Notes: a model not told the origin generated them from the letters alone. A DNA stretch of 64,000 nt from Actinomycetes bacterium (GCA_021803345.1 JAJZLS010000060.1:48270-112269); one strand, 5' to 3'; positions 37,085 through 47,370 are shown, counted from the stretch's first letter. Numbers and translations are program-made.

Positions 37085-38626
37085 ATGCCAGTTCTTGACA
37101 GTTTTTTAGGTGGAAAGTGGCGATCTGGATCGGGTAAATTGACGGCACTTAAGGATGCCGCAACTGGCGTCGATGTAGGTCAAATACCATCGGTAGCAAC
37201 TGATTTGGCGGTTTCGCTGGAATTTGCCCGCTCTGTTGGAGGAAGTGAGTTGCGCGAATTAACTTTTACTGAACGGGCGCAGATTCTAAAAGACCTCTCA
37301 AAGTATCTCTTTGGGCACATCGACGAGTTCGTCGAGGTTTCATATCATACCGGAGCTACCAGAAAAGACGCCTCAGTTGATATTGACGGGGGGATTGGCA
37401 CTTTAGCGGTATTTGCCTCGCAAGGGATTAAGCAGTTGCCTGACTCTAAGATAATGCCTGATGGCGAGATTGAACCATTGAGTAAAGGGGGCGAATTTTC
37501 GGGCAAACATATCTATACTCCCCGTCGAGGAGTGGCAGTACAGATTAATGCATATAATTTTCCAGTTTGGGGAATGCTTGAAAAGTTTGCTCCAGCTTTT
37601 CTTGCCGGGATGCCTACGTTGGTGAAACCGGCTAGTCAAACGGCATATCTAACTCATGCGGTGTTTCGTAAAATTATTGATTCCGGAATCTTACCCGAAG
37701 GCTCCATTTCGCTATTAGCTGCAGGCCCAACTGGACTGCTAGAGAGTCTGCTAACCCAAGACACCCTTGCTTTTACAGGTTCGGCTAAGACCGCAAGTGC
37801 TTTGAGGAGCCATCCCGCGTTTATACAAAGGGGGGCGCGTTTTAATGCTGAGGCTGATTCCCTGAACTGTTCGATTATGGGACCCGACGTCGCCATGGAA
37901 GATGATGAATTTGACATATTTATCGACCAGATAGTTGAGGAAATGACTATCAAGGCAGGTCAAAAATGTACTGCAATACGAAGGGTTTTCGTTTCGGAGC
38001 CGCAGATTGACGAAGTGGTCGAAGCACTTATCTCCCGACTATCTGATGTTGTCATTGGCGATCCCCGCGGCAGCGCGGTAACTATGGGACCCCTGGTAAG
38101 TATTGCTCAGCGTGAAGAGCTGATCCAGAGCCTTAATGAGTTGTTGGTTGATTGCCGTTTGGTTTATGGCAACTTAAATCGAATTGAACTAAGAGACGCA
38201 GACTCTGAATCAGGGGCTTTTATCTCGCCGTTTGTTTTGGTTGCCGACGATTTGCTTTCAGCAACACCGCATCAGGTGGAGCCTTTTGGTCCAGTAGTCA
38301 CCGTGATGCCGTACTCTCAAATCGAAGAGGCCTTTCAGGCTGCTGCGCTTGGAAATGGCAGCCTTGTGGCGTCTTTGGTGACACGCGATGACCAGGTGGC
38401 GAGATCATTTGTCGAATCGCTGTCTCCATGGCATGGGCGACTGCTGATTACAAACGCGGAGAATGCGAGAGCCTCGACAGGGCACGGGATCGCGATGCCG
38501 CAAATGCTGCACGGGGGACCGGGTCGAGCGGGGGGAGGGGAAGAATTGGGAGGACTGCGATCGGTGGTCCACTACATGCAGCGCACTGCTGTACAGGGAA
38601 ACCCCACACTTTTGGGGCAGCTCTGA
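37085..38626 (+). CDS. Aldehyde dehydrogenase family protein (PaaZ N-terminal / PaaN-like)
   Basis: 513 aa. The N-terminus LDSFLGGKWRSGSG...LKDAATG resembles the PaaZ-type ALDH. The catalytic-region motifs AGQKCTAIRR and EPFGPV are present. Confidence 0.8.
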   Translation: MPVLDSFLGGKWRSGSGKLTALKDAATGVDVGQIPSVATDLAVSLEFARSVGGSELRELTFTERAQILKDLSKYLFGHIDEFVEVSYHTGATRKDASVDIDGGIGTLAVFASQGIKQLPDSKIMPDGEIEPLSKGGEFSGKHIYTPRRGVAVQINAYNFPVWGMLEKFAPAFLAGMPTLVKPASQTAYLTHAVFRKIIDSGILPEGSISLLAAGPTGLLESLLTQDTLAFTGSAKTASALRSHPAFIQRGARFNAEADSLNCSIMGPDVAMEDDEFDIFIDQIVEEMTIKAGQKCTAIRRVFVSEPQIDEVVEALISRLSDVVIGDPRGSAVTMGPLVSIAQREELIQSLNELLVDCRLVYGNLNRIELRDADSESGAFISPFVLVADDLLSATPHQVEPFGPVVTVMPYSQIEEAFQAAALGNGSLVASLVTRDDQVARSFVESLSPWHGRLLITNAENARASTGHGIAMPQMLHGGPGRAGGGEELGGLRSVVHYMQRTAVQGNPTLLGQL

Positions 38627-38831
38627 GTTCTCTTTGACCTATACGGGTGGATGTTGGCGCAAAAGCTATAAAAGTTGTTGATTTATAACATTGGGTATAG
38701 GCCAATTGATGGCTCATTGCGAAATCATCGATGATGGCCTGTGATGGATATAGGTAGCCCAAGTAGCCGTTCAGTATAGTTTACGCAGTGGGTTCGGGCA
38801 CAGTTGTGTATAACAGATTAGGTGATGGTAA

Positions 38832-39959
38832 ATGTTCGATTCGATTCAATTGGAAAGTGCGTATAGTCGGAGACTGGATAAGGTTCAAACTGAGATGGAG
38901 AACCAGGGAGTGGATGCGCTGGTTCTATCTTTTGGGGCTGATCTTCCTTGGTTGACCGGTTATACGGCGATGCCACTCGAACGTTTGACAGCCTTGGTCG
39001 TTCCAAAAGACGCAACGCCCACTCTTGTAATTCCCATTCTTGAAGCGCCAAGGGTGAAAGTGATCGATTCTATATTCAAGATAAAGCCATGGAAGGAATT
39101 TGAAGACCCTCACGACCTTGTTGCAGAGTTGATTTCATCATGCAATACTGTTGGAATTTCGGACAGGACATGGGCGATTTCTTTGATCAAACTGCAAACC
39201 AGGAGCAAAGCTAGATTTGTACCAGCTTCTAAGGTCACAAGGATGCTTAGAAGCGTGAAAGATGGCCTTGAAATTGAAATGTTAATCGAGGCAGCATTGC
39301 GCACTGACAAGGTTGCGCAGGCTTTGCTGTCAGGTGAAATCAAAATGATCGGAAGAACCGAACTGGAAGTTTCGCATGAGATATCAGATCGGCTGCTCAA
39401 AGAGGGATTGAGTCGGGTCAATTTTTCAATTGTTGGTTCTGGCACAAATTCAGCTTCGCCCCACCACGAACCTGGTGCGAGAATTATTGGGCCGCATGAA
39501 GCGGTTGTCTGCGATTTCGGCGGACAATTTCAATTCGAGGGTAGCGCCGGTTACTGTTCCGACACCACCAGGACAGTGGTGACCGGGGAGATGCCGGAAA
39601 GGTTCAATGAACTTTATTCAATTCTGAAAACTGCTCAACAGCGCCAGCTTTCCTCTGTCAAGGAGGGATTATCATGCCAGGCCCTGGATCAGATAGGTCG
39701 GTCTCATATCGAGGAATGCGGCTACGGTGATTATTTTATACATCGTACAGGTCATGGCATTGGTATAGAGGAACACGAGGATCCCTATATCGTTGCTGGC
39801 AATCTGGAGCAGATCCAGAGCGGTCAGGCATTTTCGGTCGAGCCGGGAATCTATATTTCGAACCTATATGGAGCCAGGATCGAAGACATCGTACTTGCCA
39901 CAGAGCAAGGAGTGGAGATTCTCAATCATTCGGACCGTTCACTTCATTTTGTAGGCTGA
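38832..39959 (+). CDS. Xaa-Pro (M24B) aminopeptidase/dipeptidase
   Basis: 375 aa with pita-bread fold motifs (CDFGGQF...GYCSDTTRT, HRTGHGIGIEEHE, SVEPGIY). Confidence 0.9.
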   Translation: MFDSIQLESAYSRRLDKVQTEMENQGVDALVLSFGADLPWLTGYTAMPLERLTALVVPKDATPTLVIPILEAPRVKVIDSIFKIKPWKEFEDPHDLVAELISSCNTVGISDRTWAISLIKLQTRSKARFVPASKVTRMLRSVKDGLEIEMLIEAALRTDKVAQALLSGEIKMIGRTELEVSHEISDRLLKEGLSRVNFSIVGSGTNSASPHHEPGARIIGPHEAVVCDFGGQFQFEGSAGYCSDTTRTVVTGEMPERFNELYSILKTAQQRQLSSVKEGLSCQALDQIGRSHIEECGYGDYFIHRTGHGIGIEEHEDPYIVAGNLEQIQSGQAFSVEPGIYISNLYGARIEDIVLATEQGVEILNHSDRSLHFVG

Positions 39960-40027
39960 ATGATGAGTCGAACAATAAGGTCCGGGTGACCGGAGCGCTT
40001 TGTCCTCGGAGTTGTGGGGTATTCAGA

Positions 40028-43000
40028 TTACGCTATGAAATATTTTGCCTGGGGATGATGACATATTATCGCAGAAGTCGTCTGTTCTGGATGAAGCTGG
40101 AATCCTTCACTAACCTCCACTCCGATTCTTCCAGCTCCAAGCAGGTTGGCTACTTTTTCGTTATCTTCAACGTCGGGGCAGGCCGGGTAGCCCCATGAGT
40201 ATCTGCCACCCCGGTATTGCTGTCTGAAAAGCCCGGATAGAGTTGGGCCATCTTCTCCAACGAAGCCCCATTCGGTTCGAATCCTGTGATGCCAGTATTC
40301 CGCCAGAGCTTCAGCCATTTCGACCCCTAGGCCATGAAGCAGAAGATATTCCTGATATTTGTTTTCCTGGAAAAGCCTGGCAGTTGTTTCGGAAACCTTT
40401 TTCCCCATTGTGACAATATGAAACGCTGCATAGTCGACTTCGTCCGAATCGACCGCTCTAAAGAAATCTGCGATGCAGAGAAAGGGTTCTTTCTTCTGGC
40501 GGGGAAAGGTGAACCTGGTAAGTTCTCTAGATTTCTCGACATCTTCAAATAGAACCAGGTCATTTCCCTGGGAGCCTGCTGGGAAATAACCATAAGCTAC
40601 TTGAGGTGTGAGAATCTGTTCAGCCTTGGCTTTATCTAGTTGTTCTCGAAGGATCGATCGAATTCGAGTTTTGAATTCGGCATCTGTTTCGCCATTGGTA
40701 GGTCTGAATCCCCATTGATGTCTAAATATCGCGGTTTCGTTCAAGAATCGCGCAATCTCGTCGATAGGAATACCTTTGACTATTTGAGTTCCGATAAAAG
40801 GAGGAACGAATATTTTATTGTCAGACACAACTTCGGGAGACCTGGTTGGCGCATCTTGGGCCACTTTAATTTCTGAATCCCTCTGCGACTTTCGAAGCGG
40901 CAACTTGCGTTCAGATATGACTTTTCCAAACTCAGGCTCATCAAGACCATTATTCTTTATTTCTATTAGGCGGTCCATGGTGTGAAGCCCTTCAAAGGCA
41001 TCCTTGCCATAGAACAGTCGTCCCTTGTAAACCTGACGGAGGTCCCGTTCCACATACGTCCGTGTCAGTGCCGCTCCACCCAGGACGACTGGAATTGACT
41101 CAAGACCGCGCTGGTTTAATTCCTCCAGGTTCTCTCGCATTATCAAAGTGGACTTTACGAGCAGGCCGCTCATTCCGATAGCATCAGCGTCAGCTTCGAC
41201 AGCTTTTTGAATCATCTCGGTTATTGAGACTTTGATGCCCAGGTTGAACACCTCATATCCATTGTTGGTGAGGATAATGTCTACCAGGTTTTTCCCAATA
41301 TCATGGACATCCCCTTTGACGGTGGCTAGCACCACCTTTCCTTTAGAAGAAGAGCTGGTTTTTTCCATATAAGGTTCGAGGAAACTGACAGCAGCCTTCA
41401 TGGTCTCAGCACTCGAAAGGACAAATGGCAGCTGCATCTTACCGCTTCCGAAAAGGTCACCTACAACCTTCATCCCGTCGAGTAGGAAAGTATTGATAAT
41501 CTCTAAGGCTGAATTCCCTTCATTGAGCGCCTGCGTAAGATCCTGTTCCAGGCCATTGCGGTTTCCGTCGATAATCCTTTGGGTAAGGCGCTCTCCTAAA
41601 TCTAGGCTGGAGAGGTCAATGGATTTAGCATCGCTGGCTTTGACGCCCTCAAATGTATTTATGAGTGCTCCCAGAGGGTCGTATCCTTCAGACCGTCTGT
41701 CATAGATAAGATCAAGGCAAATATTAAGCTGCTCATCCGGGATTTTATTTAGCGGTAATATTCTGGCAGGATGCGCAATAGCTGCGTCCAGCCCAGCCTT
41801 CATGCATTCGTCCAAGAAAACTGAGTTGAGGACATGTCTGGCGGCTGGATTCAGGCCGAACGACACATTTGATAGCCCCAGCACTGTGTAAACCCCGGGA
41901 AGCTGTTCCTTTATAGCTCTGATCCCATTTATAGTTTCAATTCCGTCTTTTCTTGATTCTTCCATACCGGTAGTCAAGGGGAGAGCAAGTGGATCGAATA
42001 TCAGGTCATGGGGCTCGAGGCCGTAACGGTTTATAGCAATGTCATATATATTTTTTGCAGCACGCAGTTTCCATTCTGCAGTTCTGGCCTGGCCTTCCTG
42101 ATCTATGCAGGTACAAATTACAGCGGTGCCGTATTCTTTTGCTAACTTTAGGAACTTGTCTAATCTCGTTCCCTCTTCGTCGCCATCTTCCAGGTTGACC
42201 GAATTAAGTATTGGTTTCCCACCTATCCACTGGAGCCCTGTTTCTATAACGTTGGCTTCGGTGGAGTCCAAAACGATTGGAAGCGACGACTGGGTGGCAA
42301 AGCGTGAGGCTATTTGTTCCATATCGGCCACTCCGTCCGCCCCGGTGTAGTCGACACAGACATCGATAGCATGTGCGCCTTCTTTAACCTGGTCTCTCGC
42401 CATCTCTACGCATGTGTCCCAGTCCTGGTCGAGCATGGCTTCCCTAAATCTCTTGGAGCCGTTTGCATTTGTTCTTTCACCTATTGCCAGGTATGCATTT
42501 TCCTGGCTAAGGGTCACCGAGGAATAGAGTGAGGATATTGACGGCTCGTACTCAACTGCAATTTTGGCTGGTTGAAGATTTGAACATTTTTCCACAACGT
42601 GGCGAAGGTGTTCCGGTGTCGTTCCGCAGCATCCTCCCACTACCCTTATCCCCAGTTCGGAAATAAAACGACTGTGATAGTTGGCAAGTTCGGCTGGGGT
42701 AAGGTCATAGTGCATTTTGCCATCCACGACCGATGGCAGTCCTGCGTTTGGCAGGCACGAAACCGGCACTCTGGCGTGAGAACTTAGGTATCTGAGGTGT
42801 TCGCTCATTTCCGCCGGACCGGTTGCACAGTTAATCCCGATTACATCCACTCCCATGGCATCCAGTGCTGTCAGCGCTGCACCGATTTCTGTTCCTGGTA
42901 ACATCCTTCCGGTTAGTTCTATGGTTACCTGCGTTTGGATGGGGATCTGTTTGCCGAGTTTTTTCATGGCTCGTCTGGCTGCGATAATTGCGGCTTTAGC

Positions 43001-43498
43001 TGATAGCAGATCGAACACTGTTTCGATGAGGATTAGATCGACCCCGCCGGCGATAAGTCCCTCTGCTTGGGTTTGATATGAGTCTCTAAGCACAGCGAAT
43101 GGAATTTGGCCAAGCGTAGGAAACTTTGTTCCGGGACCCACAGAGCCGGCAACGAATTTTGGGTCAGATTTGGATCCGTAAGAGTTAGCGACCTCACGCG
43201 CCAGCTGTGCGGCTTGATAGTTAAGTTGGTACGCCTTTTCGGCCAGGTCGTATTCTGCTAGAACTATTGAAAAGGCACCGAAAGTATCGGTTTCGATCGC
43301 ATCGACACCAACCGCCAGAAAGGAGTCATGAAGTTCCGAGATTATCTGAGGGCGGGTCAGCACCAGAGCTTCGTTGCACCCTTCTAACGATTCTCCGCCA
43401 AAGTCGTCAGCAGTCAGTCCTCTGAGCTGGAGGTTGGTTCCGGTTGCCCCATCGAAGATCAGTACTTTATCATTTATGCGTTCCAGGTAACTTGCCAT
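40028..43498 (-). CDS. metH: Cobalamin-dependent methionine synthase
   Basis: 1156 aa. The Hcy-binding, pterin-binding, B12-cap and B12-binding (VKGDVHDIGKN, i.e. DxHxxG) and AdoMet activation domains are all recognisable in the canonical order. Confidence 0.97.
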   Translation of the reverse strand: MASYLERINDKVLIFDGATGTNLQLRGLTADDFGGESLEGCNEALVLTRPQIISELHDSFLAVGVDAIETDTFGAFSIVLAEYDLAEKAYQLNYQAAQLAREVANSYGSKSDPKFVAGSVGPGTKFPTLGQIPFAVLRDSYQTQAEGLIAGGVDLILIETVFDLLSAKAAIIAARRAMKKLGKQIPIQTQVTIELTGRMLPGTEIGAALTALDAMGVDVIGINCATGPAEMSEHLRYLSSHARVPVSCLPNAGLPSVVDGKMHYDLTPAELANYHSRFISELGIRVVGGCCGTTPEHLRHVVEKCSNLQPAKIAVEYEPSISSLYSSVTLSQENAYLAIGERTNANGSKRFREAMLDQDWDTCVEMARDQVKEGAHAIDVCVDYTGADGVADMEQIASRFATQSSLPIVLDSTEANVIETGLQWIGGKPILNSVNLEDGDEEGTRLDKFLKLAKEYGTAVICTCIDQEGQARTAEWKLRAAKNIYDIAINRYGLEPHDLIFDPLALPLTTGMEESRKDGIETINGIRAIKEQLPGVYTVLGLSNVSFGLNPAARHVLNSVFLDECMKAGLDAAIAHPARILPLNKIPDEQLNICLDLIYDRRSEGYDPLGALINTFEGVKASDAKSIDLSSLDLGERLTQRIIDGNRNGLEQDLTQALNEGNSALEIINTFLLDGMKVVGDLFGSGKMQLPFVLSSAETMKAAVSFLEPYMEKTSSSSKGKVVLATVKGDVHDIGKNLVDIILTNNGYEVFNLGIKVSITEMIQKAVEADADAIGMSGLLVKSTLIMRENLEELNQRGLESIPVVLGGAALTRTYVERDLRQVYKGRLFYGKDAFEGLHTMDRLIEIKNNGLDEPEFGKVISERKLPLRKSQRDSEIKVAQDAPTRSPEVVSDNKIFVPPFIGTQIVKGIPIDEIARFLNETAIFRHQWGFRPTNGETDAEFKTRIRSILREQLDKAKAEQILTPQVAYGYFPAGSQGNDLVLFEDVEKSRELTRFTFPRQKKEPFLCIADFFRAVDSDEVDYAAFHIVTMGKKVSETTARLFQENKYQEYLLLHGLGVEMAEALAEYWHHRIRTEWGFVGEDGPTLSGLFRQQYRGGRYSWGYPACPDVEDNEKVANLLGAGRIGVEVSEGFQLHPEQTTSAIICHHPQAKYFIA

Positions 43499-43598
43499 AC
43501 CGTTAAAAGGTTACTCGGATATGATGAACGTGCCTGAGATGAGGAGGTGTTATTGCTGAAGTAGAAGAATCTTCTCAGCCCGTTATTGTTAACCATGC

Positions 43599-44159
43599 GT
43601 GAAGATTTATACAAAAAAAGGCGATGACGGAACGACGGGGCTGCTGTACGGTGGCAGGGTACCCAAGAACTCGCCACAGGTTGAACTAAATGGTGCAGTG
43701 GATGAAGCTCAGGCTTTTATGGGCTTGGCGCGGTCAAATTGTTCCAAAGGGGACGAGCTGGACCGAATCCTCATCAATTTAGAGTCTGATCTTTGGATTT
43801 TGATGGCCGAGGTTGCAACCGAGCCTAACAATCGGTCCAAACTTATTTCGGGCCAGTCTCTTATAAACAATGAGATGATTGCCAATCTTGAGTCGCTAAT
43901 TGACGACATAACCGGGAAATTCGATTTCCCCAACCAATTTGCCGTTCCCGGACAAAACCAACTTTCAGCTGCCCTGGATGTGGCCAGGACAGTCATCAGG
44001 CGGGCGGAGCGGCTGAGCGTGTCATTTGTCGCAAATAATCCGGAATCGTTAGTTGGCAGGTACCTGAACCGATTGTCAGATTTGGTCTGGACGCTTGCCA
44101 GATGGCAAGAAGATGAGCATCTAACATCAAAGCAAGTAAAGCAGAGTAAAGCAGAGTAA
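43599..44159 (+). CDS. ATP:cob(I)alamin adenosyltransferase, PduO type
   Basis: 186 aa with a GTG start. The N-terminus is KIYTKKGDDGTTGL, characteristic of the PduO/MMAB family. Confidence 0.9.
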   Translation: MKIYTKKGDDGTTGLLYGGRVPKNSPQVELNGAVDEAQAFMGLARSNCSKGDELDRILINLESDLWILMAEVATEPNNRSKLISGQSLINNEMIANLESLIDDITGKFDFPNQFAVPGQNQLSAALDVARTVIRRAERLSVSFVANNPESLVGRYLNRLSDLVWTLARWQEDEHLTSKQVKQSKAE

Positions 44160-44170
44160 AGCAGAGTAAA
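44131..44170 (+). repeat. 10-bp tandem repeat GCAGAGTAAA (3 perfect units plus 1 imperfect) spanning the stop codon of the adenosyltransferase gene
   Basis: Read directly. The units are agcaagtaaa then gcagagtaaa x3. Each unit carries a TAA, and because the period is 10 the three perfect units place a TAA in all three frames. Confidence 0.9.
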
Positions 44171-44205
44171 GCGGATTGACGAGCTTTTATTTACAGAGGA
44201 GGACA

Positions 44206-45648
44206 ATGAGAGATTTTCAGATTGAGGTTGGAAGTTCTAAGAATGCTGAGCTGACGTTTGAGATTCATCTTGTTGCTGATGAACTCAAAGCAGTTGGAGG
44301 AAGCTTGCCCCAGAGTACTCTCGCCAGCGCAGCCGGTTTTTCTGGTAAGTCCGGTCAAACCTTGGTTGCTTACCAGGAGGACTCCTCGATACCCGCTTTA
44401 TTTGTCGGCCTGGGATCGAGTCTTGATTTAGAGGGATTTCGAGTTGCCGGAGCTCTGGCTGTCAGATCACTGGCCAAGGGTATCACTGAGGCGGCGGTGG
44501 TGGCAAATGGAGTTGAGGCTGCCAGTTTGGCCGCATTTGCTGAAGGGGCGGTATTGGGGCAATATCGTTACGACGATCTTAGGGGTAAGGGATTTGACCC
44601 GTCTTCAATCTCGCAGCTAGAGCGCCTGAAAATCGTGGTTGCCGAACCGAATGCCGTAGCTTCCCTAGTCGAAAAATCAGTGATTATTGCTAACGCCACC
44701 TGTTTGGCCCGCGATCTTATAAATGAACATGCATCAACCATGACTCCTACAAGATTTGCAGAACTTGCCAAATCGATTGCGTCTCGAGACTCCTTAGATT
44801 GCAGAGTCTGGGACCTGAAGCAGATAGAGCAGGAGGGTCTGGGGGGTCTTTTAGCAGTTTCCAGAGGTTCGATTCAAGAACCAAGATTTGTAAAGATGTC
44901 ATATCGTCCTAATGGGCACACAGATGACGGAAGAGTCGTCGCCTTGGTTGGGAAAGGGATCACCTTTGATTCTGGTGGATTGTCGCTTAAGAGCGGTGAT
45001 GGAATGATGACCATGAAGACCGATATGAGCGGTGCTGCCGCCGTGCTTTCGACTATGTCTGTTTTATCCAGCCTGAACGTTGGAGTAGCGGTAGATGGAT
45101 ATATGGCTCTCACAGAAAATATGCCAAGTGGTTCAGCTACCAAGCCTGGAGATGTCTTTGTGGCCAGGAATGGGAAGACTGTCGAGGTTCTCAATACTGA
45201 TGCCGAGGGCCGCTTAGTTTTGGCCGATGCTTTATCACTGGCAGTTGAAGACGGTGCTTCCGAGATAATTGATTTGGCTACTTTGACCGGTGCCTGCGTT
45301 GTTGCACTTGGGCGGGAAATAGCCGGAATTATGGGCAATGATCAGCAGTTGGTCGAATCGGTAATTACCGCCGGGGATACGGCTGGCGAGCCACTCTGGC
45401 AGCTGCCACTTCCTGAGCGGTATAAGAAACACATCGAATCTGAGGTTGCCGATATGAAGAATATTGGTGCCCCAGGTGCAGCAGGGACACTATCGGCAGC
45501 CCTCTTGCTACAGGAGTTTGTAGCTGACACCCCTTGGGCGCATTTGGATATTGCTGGCCCTTCTAGGGCAGAAAGCGATGAGCGTTATTTCAGAAAAGGG
45601 GGCACCGGTTTTGGTGTCAGGACCTTGTGTCGATATCTGATTGCGTAG
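44206..45648 (+). CDS. pepA: Leucyl aminopeptidase (M17)
   Basis: ORF trimmed to the ATG at 44206 (GAGGAGG upstream). Motifs are VGKGITFDSGG, NTDAEGRLVLAD and the M17 catalytic-domain pattern. Confidence 0.93.
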   Translation: MRDFQIEVGSSKNAELTFEIHLVADELKAVGGSLPQSTLASAAGFSGKSGQTLVAYQEDSSIPALFVGLGSSLDLEGFRVAGALAVRSLAKGITEAAVVANGVEAASLAAFAEGAVLGQYRYDDLRGKGFDPSSISQLERLKIVVAEPNAVASLVEKSVIIANATCLARDLINEHASTMTPTRFAELAKSIASRDSLDCRVWDLKQIEQEGLGGLLAVSRGSIQEPRFVKMSYRPNGHTDDGRVVALVGKGITFDSGGLSLKSGDGMMTMKTDMSGAAAVLSTMSVLSSLNVGVAVDGYMALTENMPSGSATKPGDVFVARNGKTVEVLNTDAEGRLVLADALSLAVEDGASEIIDLATLTGACVVALGREIAGIMGNDQQLVESVITAGDTAGEPLWQLPLPERYKKHIESEVADMKNIGAPGAAGTLSAALLLQEFVADTPWAHLDIAGPSRAESDERYFRKGGTGFGVRTLCRYLIA

Positions 45649-45814
45649 GAAACATCACCCCGCGACCAATTTTAAAGACCCATGTTAATACAGCAAATTA
45701 TTTATTTCTCATTGTAGGTCGTTATAGCCAGGTCGAGGTTGCAAAAGTATGTAATCACTTCAATCGCGGCCTGGCTTTAGCTTAAGATATCAATTCTTGA
45801 AATAGAGCAATCGT

Positions 45815-46693
45815 TCAGGCATCTTCGTTAGATATTTCCTCGGCAGGTAGTTCAAAACTTGTGGTATCCATCCAGTGCAAGGTTTCATAGCAAACCGAAG
45901 GATGGAATCGCCAGGCAATCAGCTGGTTTTCTATGGAGTTTCGATCATGACCTAATTTGGCGAGAGACAAAGCTAGCGACCTAGCTCTTTTTCGGACAGC
46001 CATGACATTGTCGCTAGATGAACTGTCAACGATAATTGTGTGTTGTTCTTGTAGCGTTAATGGCAGTCGTTTCACATACCGTTGTGGTAACGGGGGCATT
46101 TTTAGTCTGACTGATAGCGCATTGGATGGCATCACCCTGGCTAGTTCGAATACTAGTAGTCGGTTTAGGGTTTTTTGGATTGAAGAATTTCGGCCGATTG
46201 CCTGTCCGAGGCCTAACATTGTCGAGAGCTCCTTTAGGTCAAGGTCAAAGCCATAGGGATTCGTCTCCAGAGATTCAACGATTCGTCGCAGTAACAGAAT
46301 TGTTGACGGCCCAATAAATGGCAGCCAGAATTTTTCTACGTAAGTGGAACGCGGGTCATAGCCCAGCGATTCAATATTGACGTCTCTCCAGGAGATAAAT
46401 CGCATAAGTGTTGGGAACTCATAAGTTCTTCGTCGGTGATGGCTAGGGCTGAGTTTGATCTGGTCGCTAAGAGATATCTGACGATTGGGGTTTGTCCTGA
46501 CATGCTCCCTGGATGTTGAAGCCAGATGGTTATCAAGTTGTCCCGTTATGGGTTTGGAAACTGTTTTTTCGTAGACTTGATAGTGATATATATCGGTTGG
46601 GCTGTTCTCTGTAGATTGTTCTGTAAATTTGATTTGAGATTTTTCGCTGAGGCTGGTCGCCTTGGTGTCAGTTAGGTCAGTACTAATAAACAA
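45815..46693 (-). CDS. Hypothetical protein; the central region looks like a winged-helix DNA-binding fold
   Basis: This is a 292-aa ORF with no competing ORF. The N-terminal ~95 aa are low-complexity. The centre reads FWLPFIGPSTILLLRRIVESL...LKELSTMLGLGQAIGRNSSIQKTLNRLLVFELARV. I cannot name a family. Confidence 0.45.
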   Translation of the reverse strand: MFISTDLTDTKATSLSEKSQIKFTEQSTENSPTDIYHYQVYEKTVSKPITGQLDNHLASTSREHVRTNPNRQISLSDQIKLSPSHHRRRTYEFPTLMRFISWRDVNIESLGYDPRSTYVEKFWLPFIGPSTILLLRRIVESLETNPYGFDLDLKELSTMLGLGQAIGRNSSIQKTLNRLLVFELARVMPSNALSVRLKMPPLPQRYVKRLPLTLQEQHTIIVDSSSSDNVMAVRKRARSLALSLAKLGHDRNSIENQLIAWRFHPSVCYETLHWMDTTSFELPAEEISNEDA

Positions 46694-47083
46694 TTTTATT
46701 CCCCTTATCTCTTCTTAGGTTTACCTTGGAGAAGCAAGGATTAGTGTGTCAAAAATACGGGGATCTGTAAAGTACAAATTTGCTTGCAGCTACGCACGGT
46801 AAGCAATAGGTTCGTGACCTAATCAATTGCTTTTTGCTATTTAGACGGAGAGTGTTATAAGGCCCTTCGAGCAAGCTTTGGAGTCCTCAAACTTGGTTTA
46901 GCGCATCATTGTCGTCGATGAACATTTGGTTATGCAGTTTGTAACCGTTCCTAGAGATCCAGTTTCTATTGGTTGTCAAAATTGTCCACCTTCCAGGAGA
47001 GCACGCTCGTTGCTTCGATCTTTTCAATTTGAAGCTCTTTTATTTCTAGAGGGTGAAGCATATCAATTAGTTGGATCAGTTAA

Positions 47084-47260
47084 TATGCCGGAACCGTATT
47101 TGTGGCTACAAATAGGCCGATTGTAACGATCCAAACCGGTAAAGGCTACTGGTTAGTTGCAAAAGACGGCGGAGTATTCAGTTTCGGTGATGCGAGCTTT
47201 TATGGTTCCATGGCCGGAAAGTCACTGGCCCAGCCAATAGTCGGCATGGGGACTGACTGA
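47084..47260 (+). pseudogene. 3'-terminal remnant of a gene encoding GYWLV..DGGVF.FGDA.FYGS-type (beta-propeller-like) repeats
   Basis: Frame 2 reads [58 protein letters not shown] with no usable start. There is a stop directly upstream at 47081. The upstream frames hold only degraded look-alikes. Confidence 0.55.
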
Positions 47261-47313
47261 TCCGCAATCGAGGTGAATTCGACTTGACTAAAGAACGAGA
47301 CCAACTTCGTATT

Positions 47314-47339
47314 TGGTCGGTAGTCGGCAAAAAATTACC
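47314..47339. repeat. Short repeat R2, copy A (23/26 identical to 48213-48238)
   Basis: tggtcggtagtcggcaaaaaattacc compared with tggtcgatagttggcaaacaattacc, aligned by eye. Confidence 0.8.
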
Positions 47340-47370
47340 CCTGAACGCCTATCCAACAGCCCGCCCTGGC

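Noticed and set aside
43499-43598. A possible cobalamin or SAM riboswitch in the metH / adenosyltransferase divergent region.
   Set aside because: The gap is only 100 nt. I found no B12-box-like element and no SAM-type conserved helices. MetH is not usually riboswitch-controlled.
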